The notes: generated from the letters alone by a model not told the origin. DNA of 64,000 bases from Candidatus Thorarchaeota archaeon (GCA_011364985.1 RDOC01000001.1:1-64000), one strand, 5' to 3'. Counted from the stretch's first letter, positions 9,554-20,259 are shown. Program-made: numbers and translations.

Positions 9554-10352
9554 ATGAAGGAAAGAGTGCTACTCCTAGGCGCTTCGGGGTCTATGGGATT
9601 TGAGGCATTCAAGGAACTCTGGGGAGGCAGGGTTTCTGAAGAGAGACTACGAGAGAAAGTGGTTTGCCACCCACAACTTCCACTGCCAATTCTATGAGGA
9701 CAGCTGGATTCTGAACGAGTATATTCACAACTTTGGCTATACTCTTGAGGACTTCTACGAACAGGTTGAGGCCAATCTTCCTCTTTCTGCAAAGGCAGCC
9801 AGACTCCTGAACAAGATACCTAGAATTCGTAATGTAGTTCTTCGAGCGGCGTATCGTCATATGAAAGCATTGGTTAGCCAGAAGGATGGCACCCTTTATT
9901 GGTACCAGAGCCGCAACGAATCACGTATCAAGGTCTTTTACGGGTCATTTGAGGAGTATGAATCGATTGATGATTGGAATGGTCCAGATATGCCAAACCT
10001 CAAACCAAGTTGGAAACGTCTGGAGCACGGGTATGACGAGTCCAATGCCTCGCCGAATCTTTCCGATCTTCAGGATGCTGTAAGATTCAGAAGTGGGAGA
10101 CTATTGTCAATCAAATGGAATGGAGACATGTATGTTCCATTGGAGTGGGAATGCGCCTTTCAGCACCGATTCACCGGAACTCTGTACCTTGTGTTGAAGA
10201 CTGGTCATTGGTATTCAGAATGTATTCCACCTCCATGGGATTATGGAAGAATCGCCGAGAAGAATCCCTTCTTCGCGCAAGTATGGAATACAAACCACTC
10301 TGAGGATGAGAAGAACTTCTATGATACTGATTGCTACAAGGACATTCTATGA
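9554..10352 (+). pseudogene. NAD(P)-dependent epimerase/oxidoreductase with an internal deletion and frameshift
   Basis: ATG 9554 gives MKERVLLLGASGSMGFEAFKELW (Rossmann Gly-rich loop). Near 9622 it jumps out of frame to the family C-terminal part (WFATHNFHCQFY...LEHGYDES...WECAFQHRF...NPFFAQVW). Most of the Rossmann domain is missing. Confidence 0.75.
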
Positions 10353-11333
10353 GCCCGAATCCATCGACTTGAAGGAGGCCACAGTACTATCAGTGGCAGG
10401 ATCAATTTCTGCAATGAACGTGTCGGTGAGTACGTCCTTGGCCCCCATCCTCCGTGCAATACCACGAATTGTCCGTTTCATTCCGGCGCCAATAATCTCA
10501 TTCAGCAGCACCACAGGTATGACAAAAGCCACAGCAAGGAAGGGTAAACCAAGGGAATAGAAAGATCCACGAATAACGATTTGCAGTATCTCTTGAAATG
10601 TTGGAGTCGGAGTGCTGTTAAAGAGACTCTGAAGAGGAGTCACGAAATTCTGAACAATGGAAGTTATAGGCACGGCCAACAATGAGAATCCACCAAGAAA
10701 ATTGCTGTACCAGCGACCAAGACCAATAGTATCGGGACATCTTCGCTGTTTCAACTGGTCCACTTTCAAATGGGAAACAATGCCAGCGTCGTTTAACACC
10801 CAAGTTGGCATGAAGTAGACCAAGGCGACAGGGAGGACGATGAGGGTGCTGACCATAGACATGAGCGGCAAGTAGAATCTCAATGCCACTTGTGGCAGAG
10901 CACTAACAGGGGGTGCATCAAAAAGAAATCCTTGGACAAGCTGAAATACTAGTTGACCTATTGCTAGACTGAAGAGCGCTGGTACTACGGCTCTTCGAAT
11001 CAGCAGAGTCGCTCCGAATTCATCTCCTAATTCGATGATGCTAAGGTCATACTTCCTGAATCTCAAGAGCTTCGCGACAAGAATGAGTATGAATGCTCCA
11101 GGAATCACTAGCACTAGGAATTCAACAAACATTATTGGAACAATGTATGTTAGAAGCCAGAGCACGTCTGCACGAATGTTTCCGGGTAGCGGCTCGATAA
11201 TACTAATCGATGTGGCATCGGGTACAAGGGGGATAACAAGCTCTAGCGTCCAGTCGACAATGAGTATAGCAACTGCCAATCCTGCCGCTGCCAGCAGAAT
11301 AGGGGGGATGAACCGGATGAAGCGATGTTTCAT
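10347..11333 (-). CDS. Multi-pass membrane protein, unknown function
   Basis: 328-aa ORF with about 6 hydrophobic segments. Confidence 0.8.
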   Translation of the reverse strand: MKHRFIRFIPPILLAAAGLAVAILIVDWTLELVIPLVPDATSISIIEPLPGNIRADVLWLLTYIVPIMFVEFLVLVIPGAFILILVAKLLRFRKYDLSIIELGDEFGATLLIRRAVVPALFSLAIGQLVFQLVQGFLFDAPPVSALPQVALRFYLPLMSMVSTLIVLPVALVYFMPTWVLNDAGIVSHLKVDQLKQRRCPDTIGLGRWYSNFLGGFSLLAVPITSIVQNFVTPLQSLFNSTPTPTFQEILQIVIRGSFYSLGLPFLAVAFVIPVVLLNEIIGAGMKRTIRGIARRMGAKDVLTDTFIAEIDPATDSTVASFKSMDSGS

Positions 11334-11669
11334 GATAGGCCAACAACCTTGTTATATCAGACCTGCATCTAAACGTAGTGCGTTCGAAGTCCAATTGGAG
11401 AATAGCCGATGCCAACACCATTCCCAATTCAAGCATCTGCAGGTGATGCTACAAGGTCATGAATCCTCACAGGAAACAGAACCAAAGGCGCTTCAACGCT
11501 CCTATTCCAATCTTTCCACTTCAATAGTTGCGGTGTTTTCAAACAATCCGAGGAAGCAATGTAGCATAGGCAAAGTTTGTTCCCATCCACAGGATATCAC
11601 AGACACAAGGAAAAGCAAGGGGATCCTTGATGTTAGAGAGAACCCAAGCGCTCATTCTCAGTAGCAAAG

Positions 11670-11822
11670 TCATTCCTTCTCGAGGAACTCGTAATGCTCC
11701 AGATATGAACGAATGGCCTCTCTAACAAAGGAAGGAAATCCTTTCCACGAGTTGCGTTTGCCCAGTTTCTCATACCGGTTTCTGAGGTCCTTGGGGACCC
11801 GAATCATCACATCTTCAGACAA
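11670..11822 (-). CDS. Ribbon-helix-helix (CopG/MetJ-like) DNA-binding protein, 50 aa
   Basis: Below the ORF-track cutoff. TTG start after AAAAGGGGAA. Translation MSEDVMIRVPKDLRNRYEKLGKRNSWKGFPSFVREAIRSYLEHYEFLEKE shows the beta-strand IRVP and the SFVREAI helix signature. Confidence 0.75.
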   Translation of the reverse strand: MSEDVMIRVPKDLRNRYEKLGKRNSWKGFPSFVREAIRSYLEHYEFLEKE

Positions 11823-11850
11823 GCTAGAAATTCCCCTTTTTGTAGCAGAT

Positions 11851-11884
11851 AATGTATACTAAAATAGGCATATTTATATACATT
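11851..11884. promoter_or_regulatory. AT-rich inverted repeat between the divergent RHH and AbrB-like genes
   Basis: Outer arms AATGTATA...TATACATT with an inner AAATA-GGCA-TATTT. Confidence 0.55.
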
Positions 11885-11907
11885 TTGCATACAATTGTAA
11901 ACTTAGT

Positions 11908-12351
11908 TTGGATAGCGTGACCAAGATGATCCTATGCTTGGAACAGCAGCCCAAAACTTCATTTTTCGGAGTGGCTAAATACAGAGTGGCAATCAGATTC
12001 CTGACAAGACTAGCCAAGGGAGAAGGGCATTATCATGTCTTCTACGTGCCGAAATATGTTAGAGATTTCTACAATCTCAGGCCGGGCAGCTACATGGGTG
12101 GGATCACTCTAGCGAACGGAATATCTGCAGGCTACAGAATTGACTTTTCAAGTTACAGAAGAACGCTTCGTGGGCGTGTACCAGAGTCGGCTGGATCATC
12201 AAAAGATATTGTGGAGGTCTGGATGTATCCAGACACATGGCGTCCAAGACCAATTGCATCTGAAAGAGGAATCTCAGCAAAGTTCATGGGTTCACTTGGA
12301 TTGACTGCGACAGAAAAAAAAAGAAGTCTACAGCATATTATAGTCGTATGA
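11908..12351 (+). CDS. Small protein with an AbrB/MazE-like swapped-hairpin motif
   Basis: HVFYVPKYVRDFYNLRPG resembles the AbrB IPKxxRxxxxxxPG motif. Likely start GTG 11986. Confidence 0.55.
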   Translation: MDSVTKMILCLEQQPKTSFFGVAKYRVAIRFLTRLAKGEGHYHVFYVPKYVRDFYNLRPGSYMGGITLANGISAGYRIDFSSYRRTLRGRVPESAGSSKDIVEVWMYPDTWRPRPIASERGISAKFMGSLGLTATEKKRSLQHIIVV

Positions 12352-12595
12352 TTGGGATCTGGAGGAAAGACGATGAAAAAGAAGGATCGTATCAATTACA
12401 TTCACAAATCTACCCAATTCTATAACATGAGAAAGAGCCCATGCGATGGCTGCATTCATCCATTCAGGCATGATTCTCTTATGACCAAGAAAGATGGACT
12501 TGGCAAAGAGGAGGGACCTGCAAAATACTCGGTGATCCCCTTCTAGTGGCAGTGATCAAAACCAAGAACGATGAATTGAAGGGAAATGAACTTAG

Positions 12596-12799
12596 TTGAG
12601 TGAAGCACAAACCCTTCAGCGGCGAGCCCCGACTAGGAAAACCCGCCGCAGGAAAGAGGCTGAGAAAAACACACCGACCACAGCTCACAAAAAGTCATAC
12701 CTGACAGCAGAGCAGTTCTTTGCATACTATACCCTCTTTGTATCCCTAGTTCTCATTCTGATGTTTGTCGTAATCGCACTCATTTTGGGTGGCGCATAA
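12596..12799 (+). CDS. Small basic tail-anchored membrane protein
   Basis: K/R-rich N-terminus and a single C-terminal TM helix (YYTLFVSLVLILMFVVIALILGGA). Confidence 0.5.
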   Translation: MSEAQTLQRRAPTRKTRRRKEAEKNTPTTAHKKSYLTAEQFFAYYTLFVSLVLILMFVVIALILGGA

Positions 12800-13333
12800 G
12801 CAGCTTCATACATCTAGGGAGAAGAAACCAGCTTCGCCATGAAGCAACTATGATCTGTTAGCAGATAGAACTATAAAAGGGGGATCTGGTCGATGTGGAA
12901 GAGAATCTCTTCACCATGAACCATTTCCACGCCGGCTCTTATCCAGAGTTGATTTCTTTCCTTGAACCTTTACAACAATCCTGCGAGTATCATTGTCGAA
13001 ATGAGAACTACCAAGAGTCTTTCCAGGAGACCGATAGCAAAGGCGAGGAGTGAAAAACTGGAAATGGCAAAGAAGTCTCCTGTGCCAGCAGGAGTAGTTT
13101 CTCATGCATTTTCACTTTGCAGTTATCGATGTCAAATAACTACGTCCCTGTAATGGACTTGACTCCAATTGGAAGTTTCGATTCACATCAAAGCCTCATC
13201 ATCCATGAATGCGTAGCTTGTTGACTAATCAATACATTATTCATCTAATATTTCAGTTCTGAAGATAATATTCGAAAAATTCAATACATCAAAGGATAAG
13301 TGGTTTTTATCGCGTGCAAGGAGGCGATATTGG

Positions 13334-15703
13334 ATGAAACTTCGTAGAGAATCACTCATAAGAACGATATCTCTCGGACTCATTCTTCTGATTGCAATAC
13401 CTAGCGGGATTCTATTGCTCAGTGATAGATTGCCATTTGACACCCCAAGGTCGCCTATTGGGACCAACAGAATGTCGGGAGATGTGTACCATGCTTCAAT
13501 CTTCATCGATAGTGATGATGTTTTTGTAACGCTGGGGATTCCCGGAGATGGATCCTCAGATGATCCATATCGTATTGAGAATTACTTAATTGACGGAACT
13601 GCAGCTGACCATTGTATTTACATTACTGGGACAACGGTGCATTTCACAATCAAGAACTGCACCCTTAGAGGAATAGCAGCATCCGGCAAATCAGGTATCT
13701 ATCTAGATAGTACTGAAAAAGCCCTAATTATGAACAACACCGCATTCAATTGCTCGGCAGGGTTGGTTTTGTATTATGCAGATAATAACACAATAAAAGA
13801 CAACTCGCTCTATGAGAATGAGATTGGAATTTCCGTGACTTGGGGAGAGAATAACACAATAGAAAACAACAATTGTTCATATAATGTCAACGATGGAATA
13901 CAGCTTTCACATGGCCATCGTAATAGATTGAGGAATAATCTTCTTCTGATGAATGAGGAACACGATATTTATGGATGGAGGTCAAACTACAACAACGTTT
14001 CTGATAATACCATGGGAGGCGGAGATTGGAAGGCTGGGATCTTCTGGTACGACAGCGATTACTGCAGGATAGAAGATAACTTGGTGCAAGACTGCATTAA
14101 TGGAATGGACATCTACTTCTGTGATTATTTTGAGGTGATCAACAACACCGTCAAGAGATGCAACATAGGAATATGGGTTTCCTCCTATTCGTACCACAAT
14201 TTGGTCTTCGACAACTTCTGTACGGAAGATAATACCGGGATTTTGATTTCAAACAATTCAGGAAACGAAGTCTACGACAACAACTGTACAAACAATCAGG
14301 TTGGAGTAGCAATTATCGACTCAGCGAGTTCCATTCAGGTCTACCAAAATGAATTAAGGAACTGCACAAAGGGAGTTTCCCTCACATGGAATGCCCGTCA
14401 CAACAATGTATCAGACAATTATTGCATTGATAACGACTTTGGTGTTTTTGTAGCAGGTGACGCACATCATAATAATGTTGAATTTAACACATGTATGAAT
14501 AACACCCAAGGAATTAGCTTAGGAGACACCACTCACAACAACACGATTGTGAACAATTTATGCGATGCGGAAAGTATCTCAGAGAGCAAGGGAGTAGTTA
14601 TCAATGATGAGGCGGCTGATAATTACATTTCTCACAACAACTGCACACGGAACATGTTCGGAATCGTTGTAAGTGAAACAATACATGAAAATACAGTTTC
14701 AGATAACTTCATTCTCAATTGCGAAACGGGAGTTTATCTCAATGCAACAGAACGCGCAAGAATTGAAATCAACTTCTTCGAATATTTCGATTTTGGGATT
14801 GAAATAAATGCTAAAACAAACATGAGCATTGTGAGATGGAACACATTCCTTGAGTATTCTGGTGCCATTGACGCGTGGGATGACGGAACCGCAAACATAT
14901 TCGACTACAATTTCTGGTGGGACTATGCTGGTGTTGATGGGGACTCGGACGGTATCGGAGACACTCCCTATGCAATCTCAGGGACTGCCTCAAATGAGGA
15001 CCCTCATCCAGTTGTCCATCATCCAACACGACCCGTTTGGAATCAACCCCTCGAGGACCAATCAGGGGAAGCAGGTTATCCATTTAGCTACGACCTAAAC
15101 GCCACTGCAGCCGCGCCAATTGACAGCTGGGGGATTGACGACACAGTCCATTTTGCGATTGATGGCGATGGTGTCATTACAAATGCAATCCCACTTTCTA
15201 TCAGCGACTACGAGGTCAATGTGTGGGTTCAAACAATCTATGGTGTAAACTTAACAGGAACTTTCACGGTGATGGTACTAGATACAATTGCACCCACTGT
15301 GGACCATCCTGCTGACATTACGTTTCCAGAGTATCCAGAAGACGAGGCCCTGTCAGAAATCACCTGGAACATATCAGATAAGACAAATCTGGACGTGAGA
15401 ATATGTATCGAGGGCAGTGAAGAATTTTGGGACGAGTGGAGCCCAGGCGATGGTCCATACACAAGGCGATTTGATTTTCTGGGAATGGGGACATTCAACA
15501 TCACGCTTCTGCTAACGGACGAGGGAGGTAACACCGCAACTGACACAGTAATGGTCACCGTGACCGAACAGATGACAACAACAACTACTACCACAACAAC
15601 AACTAGAGAGCCAGTGGATATCATGACATACGCCTTGATAATTGGCTCTTGGGCAGTAATCATCGTTATCATAGTTGTCATTGCAAAACGCAGGAGAGCT
15701 TGA
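13334..15703 (+). CDS. Surface protein with NosD/CASH right-handed beta-helix, Ig/cadherin-like domains, Thr linker and C-terminal TM anchor
   Basis: Signal peptide; GDGSSDDPYRIEN cap; many GIxL...NNTI repeats; NFWWDYAGVDGDSDGIGDTPY; DTIAPTVDHPAD; 10 Thr, TM helix, KRRRA. Confidence 0.92.
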   Translation: MKLRRESLIRTISLGLILLIAIPSGILLLSDRLPFDTPRSPIGTNRMSGDVYHASIFIDSDDVFVTLGIPGDGSSDDPYRIENYLIDGTAADHCIYITGTTVHFTIKNCTLRGIAASGKSGIYLDSTEKALIMNNTAFNCSAGLVLYYADNNTIKDNSLYENEIGISVTWGENNTIENNNCSYNVNDGIQLSHGHRNRLRNNLLLMNEEHDIYGWRSNYNNVSDNTMGGGDWKAGIFWYDSDYCRIEDNLVQDCINGMDIYFCDYFEVINNTVKRCNIGIWVSSYSYHNLVFDNFCTEDNTGILISNNSGNEVYDNNCTNNQVGVAIIDSASSIQVYQNELRNCTKGVSLTWNARHNNVSDNYCIDNDFGVFVAGDAHHNNVEFNTCMNNTQGISLGDTTHNNTIVNNLCDAESISESKGVVINDEAADNYISHNNCTRNMFGIVVSETIHENTVSDNFILNCETGVYLNATERARIEINFFEYFDFGIEINAKTNMSIVRWNTFLEYSGAIDAWDDGTANIFDYNFWWDYAGVDGDSDGIGDTPYAISGTASNEDPHPVVHHPTRPVWNQPLEDQSGEAGYPFSYDLNATAAAPIDSWGIDDTVHFAIDGDGVITNAIPLSISDYEVNVWVQTIYGVNLTGTFTVMVLDTIAPTVDHPADITFPEYPEDEALSEITWNISDKTNLDVRICIEGSEEFWDEWSPGDGPYTRRFDFLGMGTFNITLLLTDEGGNTATDTVMVTVTEQMTTTTTTTTTTREPVDIMTYALIIGSWAVIIVIIVVIAKRRRA

Positions 15704-15708
15704 AGCAA

Positions 15709-15740
15709 AGATGCCCTGTAGGGGCATCTCATCCCTTTTT
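15709..15740 (+). terminator. Hairpin plus T-tract terminator
   Basis: AGATGCCC-TGTAG-GGGCATCT followed by CATCCCTTTTT just after the stop codon. Confidence 0.55.
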
Positions 15741-15861
15741 AGAATCCTTATTCTCCATCAAGACAAGGAGAATTTCTTACAATAGGATGTTCCCATTGTT
15801 CCTTGGCAGCCAAATCTGTCTATTGCATGATATCTCTTCGGAAAAGATGATTCTATGCAAT

Positions 15862-17739
15862 TCAACTCGCTTTCTCTATCGAACCATGCTCTGCAATTTC
15901 TGCCTCTGCTACCTGAGCGATGCGTTCACTAATTCGATCGATACCTTGATGCGTGTAGTAGGTATCATAAAGACCCTTGAAGACGCCACCCTTCTTGAGC
16001 AATTCATCACGCGTTCCTTGCTCAACCAATTCCCCCTGACTGAAAACAAATATGCGTGAGGCATTCGTAATCGTAGTTAGACGATGGGCAATAACAACCG
16101 TTGTCCTGTTCTCGAAAAGCAAAGCTTGGGCATCCTGAACGAGAGACTCGCTATACGCATCAAGTCTACTAGTTGCCTCATCAAGGATAAGAATTCTGGG
16201 ATCCGCCAGCATTGTCCGTGCGATGGTTATCATCTGTTTCTGGCCTGAAGAGAGATTCTTTCCAGATTCTAAAATCTTGGTCTGATAGCCTTCGGCCAAG
16301 GCTTCTATGAACTCATCTGCGCCCAGAATTTCACAGAGGCACGTTATTTCCGTATCAGTTGCATCAGGTTTGCCGTAACGTATGTTTTCGATAATGGTAC
16401 CATCAAATAGGTAGGGTTCTTGTGGAATCAGAGAAACGGCTTCATGGAGGGACTTGAGTGTCACTGAGCTAATATCCTGAGAGCCAATGCAGATTCGACC
16501 TTCTTGTGGGTCATAGAATCTATTGATGAGCGATGCAATAGTTGTTTTTCCCGCCCCAGTATGACCAACAAGTGCTACAAGCTCTCCAGGTCTTATGTGA
16601 AAACTCACATTTCTCAGAACAGGAATTCCTTCGATATAAGAGAATGACAGATCATCGAATGTGATGCCATCACTATCATCTCTTAGTTCTGCTGCGCTTT
16701 CATTATCAGAGATTGCGGGTTTAGACTCTAGTACATCAGATATTCTATCCATGGCTGCCATTGAAGCTTGAACTCGTGACAATAGCATTGAAAGACTCAG
16801 CAAAGGCATCATGAATTGATTGACGAGAATGACACCTAGTACAACCTCACCAATTGTGAGAATTGCGTTAGCTCCTACGGCAAGTGTGGCACCTACAAAA
16901 AGAATCGCAGCGACTCCGATCTGTCCGAAGGCACGCATCAGAGGCATTAAGACGCCCATTAGTACGCTGAATTTGAAACCATACGCGTAAGCTCTCTCGT
17001 TTAGCTTCGATATGTTTTCAGCAAGCTCGTCTTCACGATTAAAGGCCTTAGCTATATGTATCCCACTCAAGTTCTCTGCAATTTGCCCAGATACTTCTCC
17101 ATAAGCTCGCTGTGATGAAAGCATAATCTGCTGACCTAGCGTACCAAATACGCCTGCGATCAGAAGGACACCAGGCACAGCAATCAGCGACGTAAGGGCA
17201 ATTAACGGAGAAGTGATCCAAAGTGTCACAAAGATTGCTATCAGGAAGACAACTTGACTGGCAAATTCAATGATTACTTGGATTCCCAGACTTAACGAGT
17301 CAGTATCGGTTGCAACTCGAGATGTGATGTTTCCGCTTTGTTGAGATTTATGAAAAGACAGGTCGGCATAAACTAGATGGTCATAAACATCCTTCTGAAC
17401 CGCACAGACCAATCCAGCTTGTGCACCTGACAGAATCCAGATCTTCAAGCTACTAAGTATCCAGCTCGTGAGGCTGAGAACAATGTAAGCAACCACAAGA
17501 ATAACTAGTGTACTTGTGACCGTGTTTCCGGGTACTACAGCATCAATGCCATTGGTTAGGATAATCGGGATGATTACTGAAAAGATTGAGGATAGAAGGG
17601 AAAATACTGCACCTATTGTAACTACTCGTTTGAATCCACCCAAATAGTGAACCATTCGTCGTAAGAGCACTCTCATTGAGCGACTTCTCCGGTTATCTTC
17701 TCTATCCAACGGGCCAGGAGGCCCTCTTCTCATACCCAT
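15862..17739 (-). CDS. ABC exporter half-transporter (TMD+NBD), TM288/TmrA-like subunit
   Basis: GHTGAGKT, degenerate signature LSSGQ, canonical ILDEA and IAHRL. Confidence 0.95.
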   Translation of the reverse strand: MGMRRGPPGPLDREDNRRSRSMRVLLRRMVHYLGGFKRVVTIGAVFSLLSSIFSVIIPIILTNGIDAVVPGNTVTSTLVILVVAYIVLSLTSWILSSLKIWILSGAQAGLVCAVQKDVYDHLVYADLSFHKSQQSGNITSRVATDTDSLSLGIQVIIEFASQVVFLIAIFVTLWITSPLIALTSLIAVPGVLLIAGVFGTLGQQIMLSSQRAYGEVSGQIAENLSGIHIAKAFNREDELAENISKLNERAYAYGFKFSVLMGVLMPLMRAFGQIGVAAILFVGATLAVGANAILTIGEVVLGVILVNQFMMPLLSLSMLLSRVQASMAAMDRISDVLESKPAISDNESAAELRDDSDGITFDDLSFSYIEGIPVLRNVSFHIRPGELVALVGHTGAGKTTIASLINRFYDPQEGRICIGSQDISSVTLKSLHEAVSLIPQEPYLFDGTIIENIRYGKPDATDTEITCLCEILGADEFIEALAEGYQTKILESGKNLSSGQKQMITIARTMLADPRILILDEATSRLDAYSESLVQDAQALLFENRTTVVIAHRLTTITNASRIFVFSQGELVEQGTRDELLKKGGVFKGLYDTYYTHQGIDRISERIAQVAEAEIAEHGSIEKAS

Positions 17740-19559
17740 TACTGAGTACCTCCTATCGCAGCAGACTTGAGAATGGGGTCAGCCCCAGGCAGCCGGGAGA
17801 AGATTCGTCTGTATTCTCTCGAGGTCTGTATCAGTTCATCATGAGATCCCATCGCGATTAGTCTGCCCTTGTCGAGAATAATGACAAGGTCCGATTCAAT
17901 AAGGGTTCGGAGTCGTTGAGTCACAGTGATACTAGTGCGACCCCTAAGTGCTTCATCTAATGCTCTTCTCATCTCAAACTCAGTCTTTGCATCGATAGCG
18001 CTCACTGCATCATCGAGAAGTAGAATCTTAGGATCCTGGATCAAGGCACGAGCAATTGCCAATCTCTGCCTTTGCCCTCCTGAGAGAGTTGTACCACGTT
18101 CTCCTACCATTGAGTCATAGCCGTTGGGTAAATCCATGATAAAGTCATGTGCTTGAGAACGTTTTGCAGCCGTTTCAACTTCTTCATCAGATGCATCAGG
18201 GTGACCAAATGCGATATTCTCGCGGACACTCATTCGGAAAAGAAAAATGTCTTGTTCGACATTTCCAACGGCATTTCTAACATCCTTTGTTGCTACGGAT
18301 TTCAGAACTATATCGCCAATTTCAATTGTACCTTCAGTTGGATCGTAAAGACGCATTAGCAGTTTCAACAAAGTGCTTTTGCCGCTACCGGGTCCACCAA
18401 TAAGAGCAACTCGTGAACCGCTAGGAATTGTCATTGAAAGATTTCTCAAAGCATAATGATCACCATTCTCATTATTGCTGTATCTGAAACTCACATCATT
18501 GAAAATGATATCACTTGTCCAATCTACTTTGCTTGAGATCTCAGGTTCTATCATAGGATCTTGCCAGTTCAGTATTTTCACAACTCGTTCTGCATTGATC
18601 ATACCGCCACGAAGTGAAAGTAGTACATTAGGAAGATGGAAATTAAGGCCTGTTAATGAAATCAGGAGTGTAAGGACCGTTACAAATGATCCCTTTGAGA
18701 GTACTGAGTCAGCAACAGCGACTCCACCATACAGAAACGCGATGGTAGTCATTGCAATCAGAATTACTGCTGGTATGTAGAATGCCGAAAGACGTCCTTC
18801 TCTTGTCACCATTTTCTCATATTTCTCAGCAGTGGTTCTGAACTTCTCCTTCTCACGCTCCTCAGACCCAAAAGCACGTACAACCTCAATTCCAGAGAAC
18901 ACTCCTTGCGAGATTGACGTTATCTCCTCCATCGTTTCGGAACGAACCCTTCGTATAGACTCAATTCTATTTGCAAAGCTATAGGCGGATATCAAGTAAA
19001 CTGGAGTTCCAATGAGAATAATCAGGGAGAAGATTGGTAATGGACTGCCTGCCACTTCCATATCAATCATGGCCAAGAAGAACCCTGTGACGCCAAAAGA
19101 AGCAATAGCACTGACAATATCAGGAAGAGCAGGATTCAGGGAAAAACGAATCCAGAAGATGTCCTGCATAGCAACTGAGAGCAATCGTTTGCTATCAACT
19201 TCATCATGAAATGTCATGCTGTTTTCTTGGAGAATTTCGATGAACTCTTGTCTAGCATCACGTTCCCAACGATGACCAACCACAGCCCAAACATAATTCA
19301 CAATGAAAAACAGAACCATATAAACAAGGATGGAAACTACTATCATCCACACGTATGTAACTAGTAATGATGTCACAGCACCCTCCGCCTCCAGCTCGTC
19401 GACTGCAAGGCCTAAGAGCACTGACGGTAGTGTCAATAATACAGTCGACAGAGTGGATAGGATGACTGCAACGAATATTGCACCAGGGTGTTTTGACAGG
19501 CCCCCGAATAAATATCTTAGCGGCGTTATTTGGTTCTTTTTGGCTTCTTCTATCAACAA
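17739..19559 (-). CDS. ABC exporter half-transporter, TM287/TmrB-like subunit
   Basis: GGPGSGKS, LSGGQ, degenerate Walker B LLLDD and switch TQRL: the classic heterodimeric exporter asymmetry. Confidence 0.95.
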   Translation of the reverse strand: MLIEEAKKNQITPLRYLFGGLSKHPGAIFVAVILSTLSTVLLTLPSVLLGLAVDELEAEGAVTSLLVTYVWMIVVSILVYMVLFFIVNYVWAVVGHRWERDARQEFIEILQENSMTFHDEVDSKRLLSVAMQDIFWIRFSLNPALPDIVSAIASFGVTGFFLAMIDMEVAGSPLPIFSLIILIGTPVYLISAYSFANRIESIRRVRSETMEEITSISQGVFSGIEVVRAFGSEEREKEKFRTTAEKYEKMVTREGRLSAFYIPAVILIAMTTIAFLYGGVAVADSVLSKGSFVTVLTLLISLTGLNFHLPNVLLSLRGGMINAERVVKILNWQDPMIEPEISSKVDWTSDIIFNDVSFRYSNNENGDHYALRNLSMTIPSGSRVALIGGPGSGKSTLLKLLMRLYDPTEGTIEIGDIVLKSVATKDVRNAVGNVEQDIFLFRMSVRENIAFGHPDASDEEVETAAKRSQAHDFIMDLPNGYDSMVGERGTTLSGGQRQRLAIARALIQDPKILLLDDAVSAIDAKTEFEMRRALDEALRGRTSITVTQRLRTLIESDLVIILDKGRLIAMGSHDELIQTSREYRRIFSRLPGADPILKSAAIGGTQ

Positions 19560-19562
19560 GAA

Positions 19563-20129
19563 TCACTCTTCGCTGAAATCATTTGATAAAGTCGATGTTA
19601 TATCGTCTAGTTCCTTTTTTGCCGCATTAAGCTCACGAAGTAGTTCCTTTTTCTGAGCATCCGAAACATTGGAGATTGTTTCCTTGAGGAAGTGTAAGGG
19701 TGCCATTAGCATCGAGGCATGAATCTGCACCTGTTCGTCAGGGTCAAGAAATTGAAACCAAAGAACCATTCCAAGTTGTGCTCTGTCTTCCAGTTCTGGC
19801 CTATGTTTCAGCATCTTCAACATCCGTTTCTCACCCTTTGTTGTGAGACTATATTTCTTGTTCTTTCCAACAATTCGCGCAAGTTCAATGAATCCTTCAT
19901 TGAGCATGGTATCCAGAATCGGATAGATTGACCCAGGACTCGGCCGCCATCTTTCTTCTGTCTTCTTTCCGAGAGTATTCATGATTTCTGAACCAGATAG
20001 CTCGTCATTCTTCAGGAGTGACATCACTATCAAATGAAGTAGACCTCTAGGCATAATATGGGGCTTCATTAGGTCATTATGGGTACTGTCAGTATTCTTC
20101 AATTCTACAACACCGCCCATTCTTACCAA
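19563..20129 (-). CDS. PadR-family transcriptional regulator
   Basis: RGLLHLIVMSLL...SGSEIM...WRPSPGSIYPIL...KKYSLTTKG. Confidence 0.92.
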   Translation of the reverse strand: MVRMGGVVELKNTDSTHNDLMKPHIMPRGLLHLIVMSLLKNDELSGSEIMNTLGKKTEERWRPSPGSIYPILDTMLNEGFIELARIVGKNKKYSLTTKGEKRMLKMLKHRPELEDRAQLGMVLWFQFLDPDEQVQIHASMLMAPLHFLKETISNVSDAQKKELLRELNAAKKELDDITSTLSNDFSEE

Positions 20130-20227
20130 ATCATCCTAAATTGCAACTCTACAAGAAAGAGAGATGGTGCAACCAGCGACTAGAAACTTTAGATTTGTTG
20201 GTAACATCTAGTTCAGATCCACAGCTA

Positions 20228-20259
20228 ATATCGATTGCGATATATATCGATTGCGATAT
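20228..20259. promoter_or_regulatory. Tandem operator (ATATCGATTGCGATAT)x2 upstream of the padR-ABC operon
   Basis: Perfect 16-bp tandem duplication. Each unit is an ATATCG-N4-CGATAT palindrome and the array overlaps a minus-strand TTTTATAT box. Confidence 0.75.

Noticed and set aside
11400-11673. Toxin gene downstream of the RHH gene
   Set aside because: Only a 44-aa ORF with no PIN/RelE/HicA features; no toxin can be supported.
20228-20259. Tandem repeat as a CRISPR remnant
   Set aside because: Only two abutting 16-bp units, with no spacers and no cas genes.
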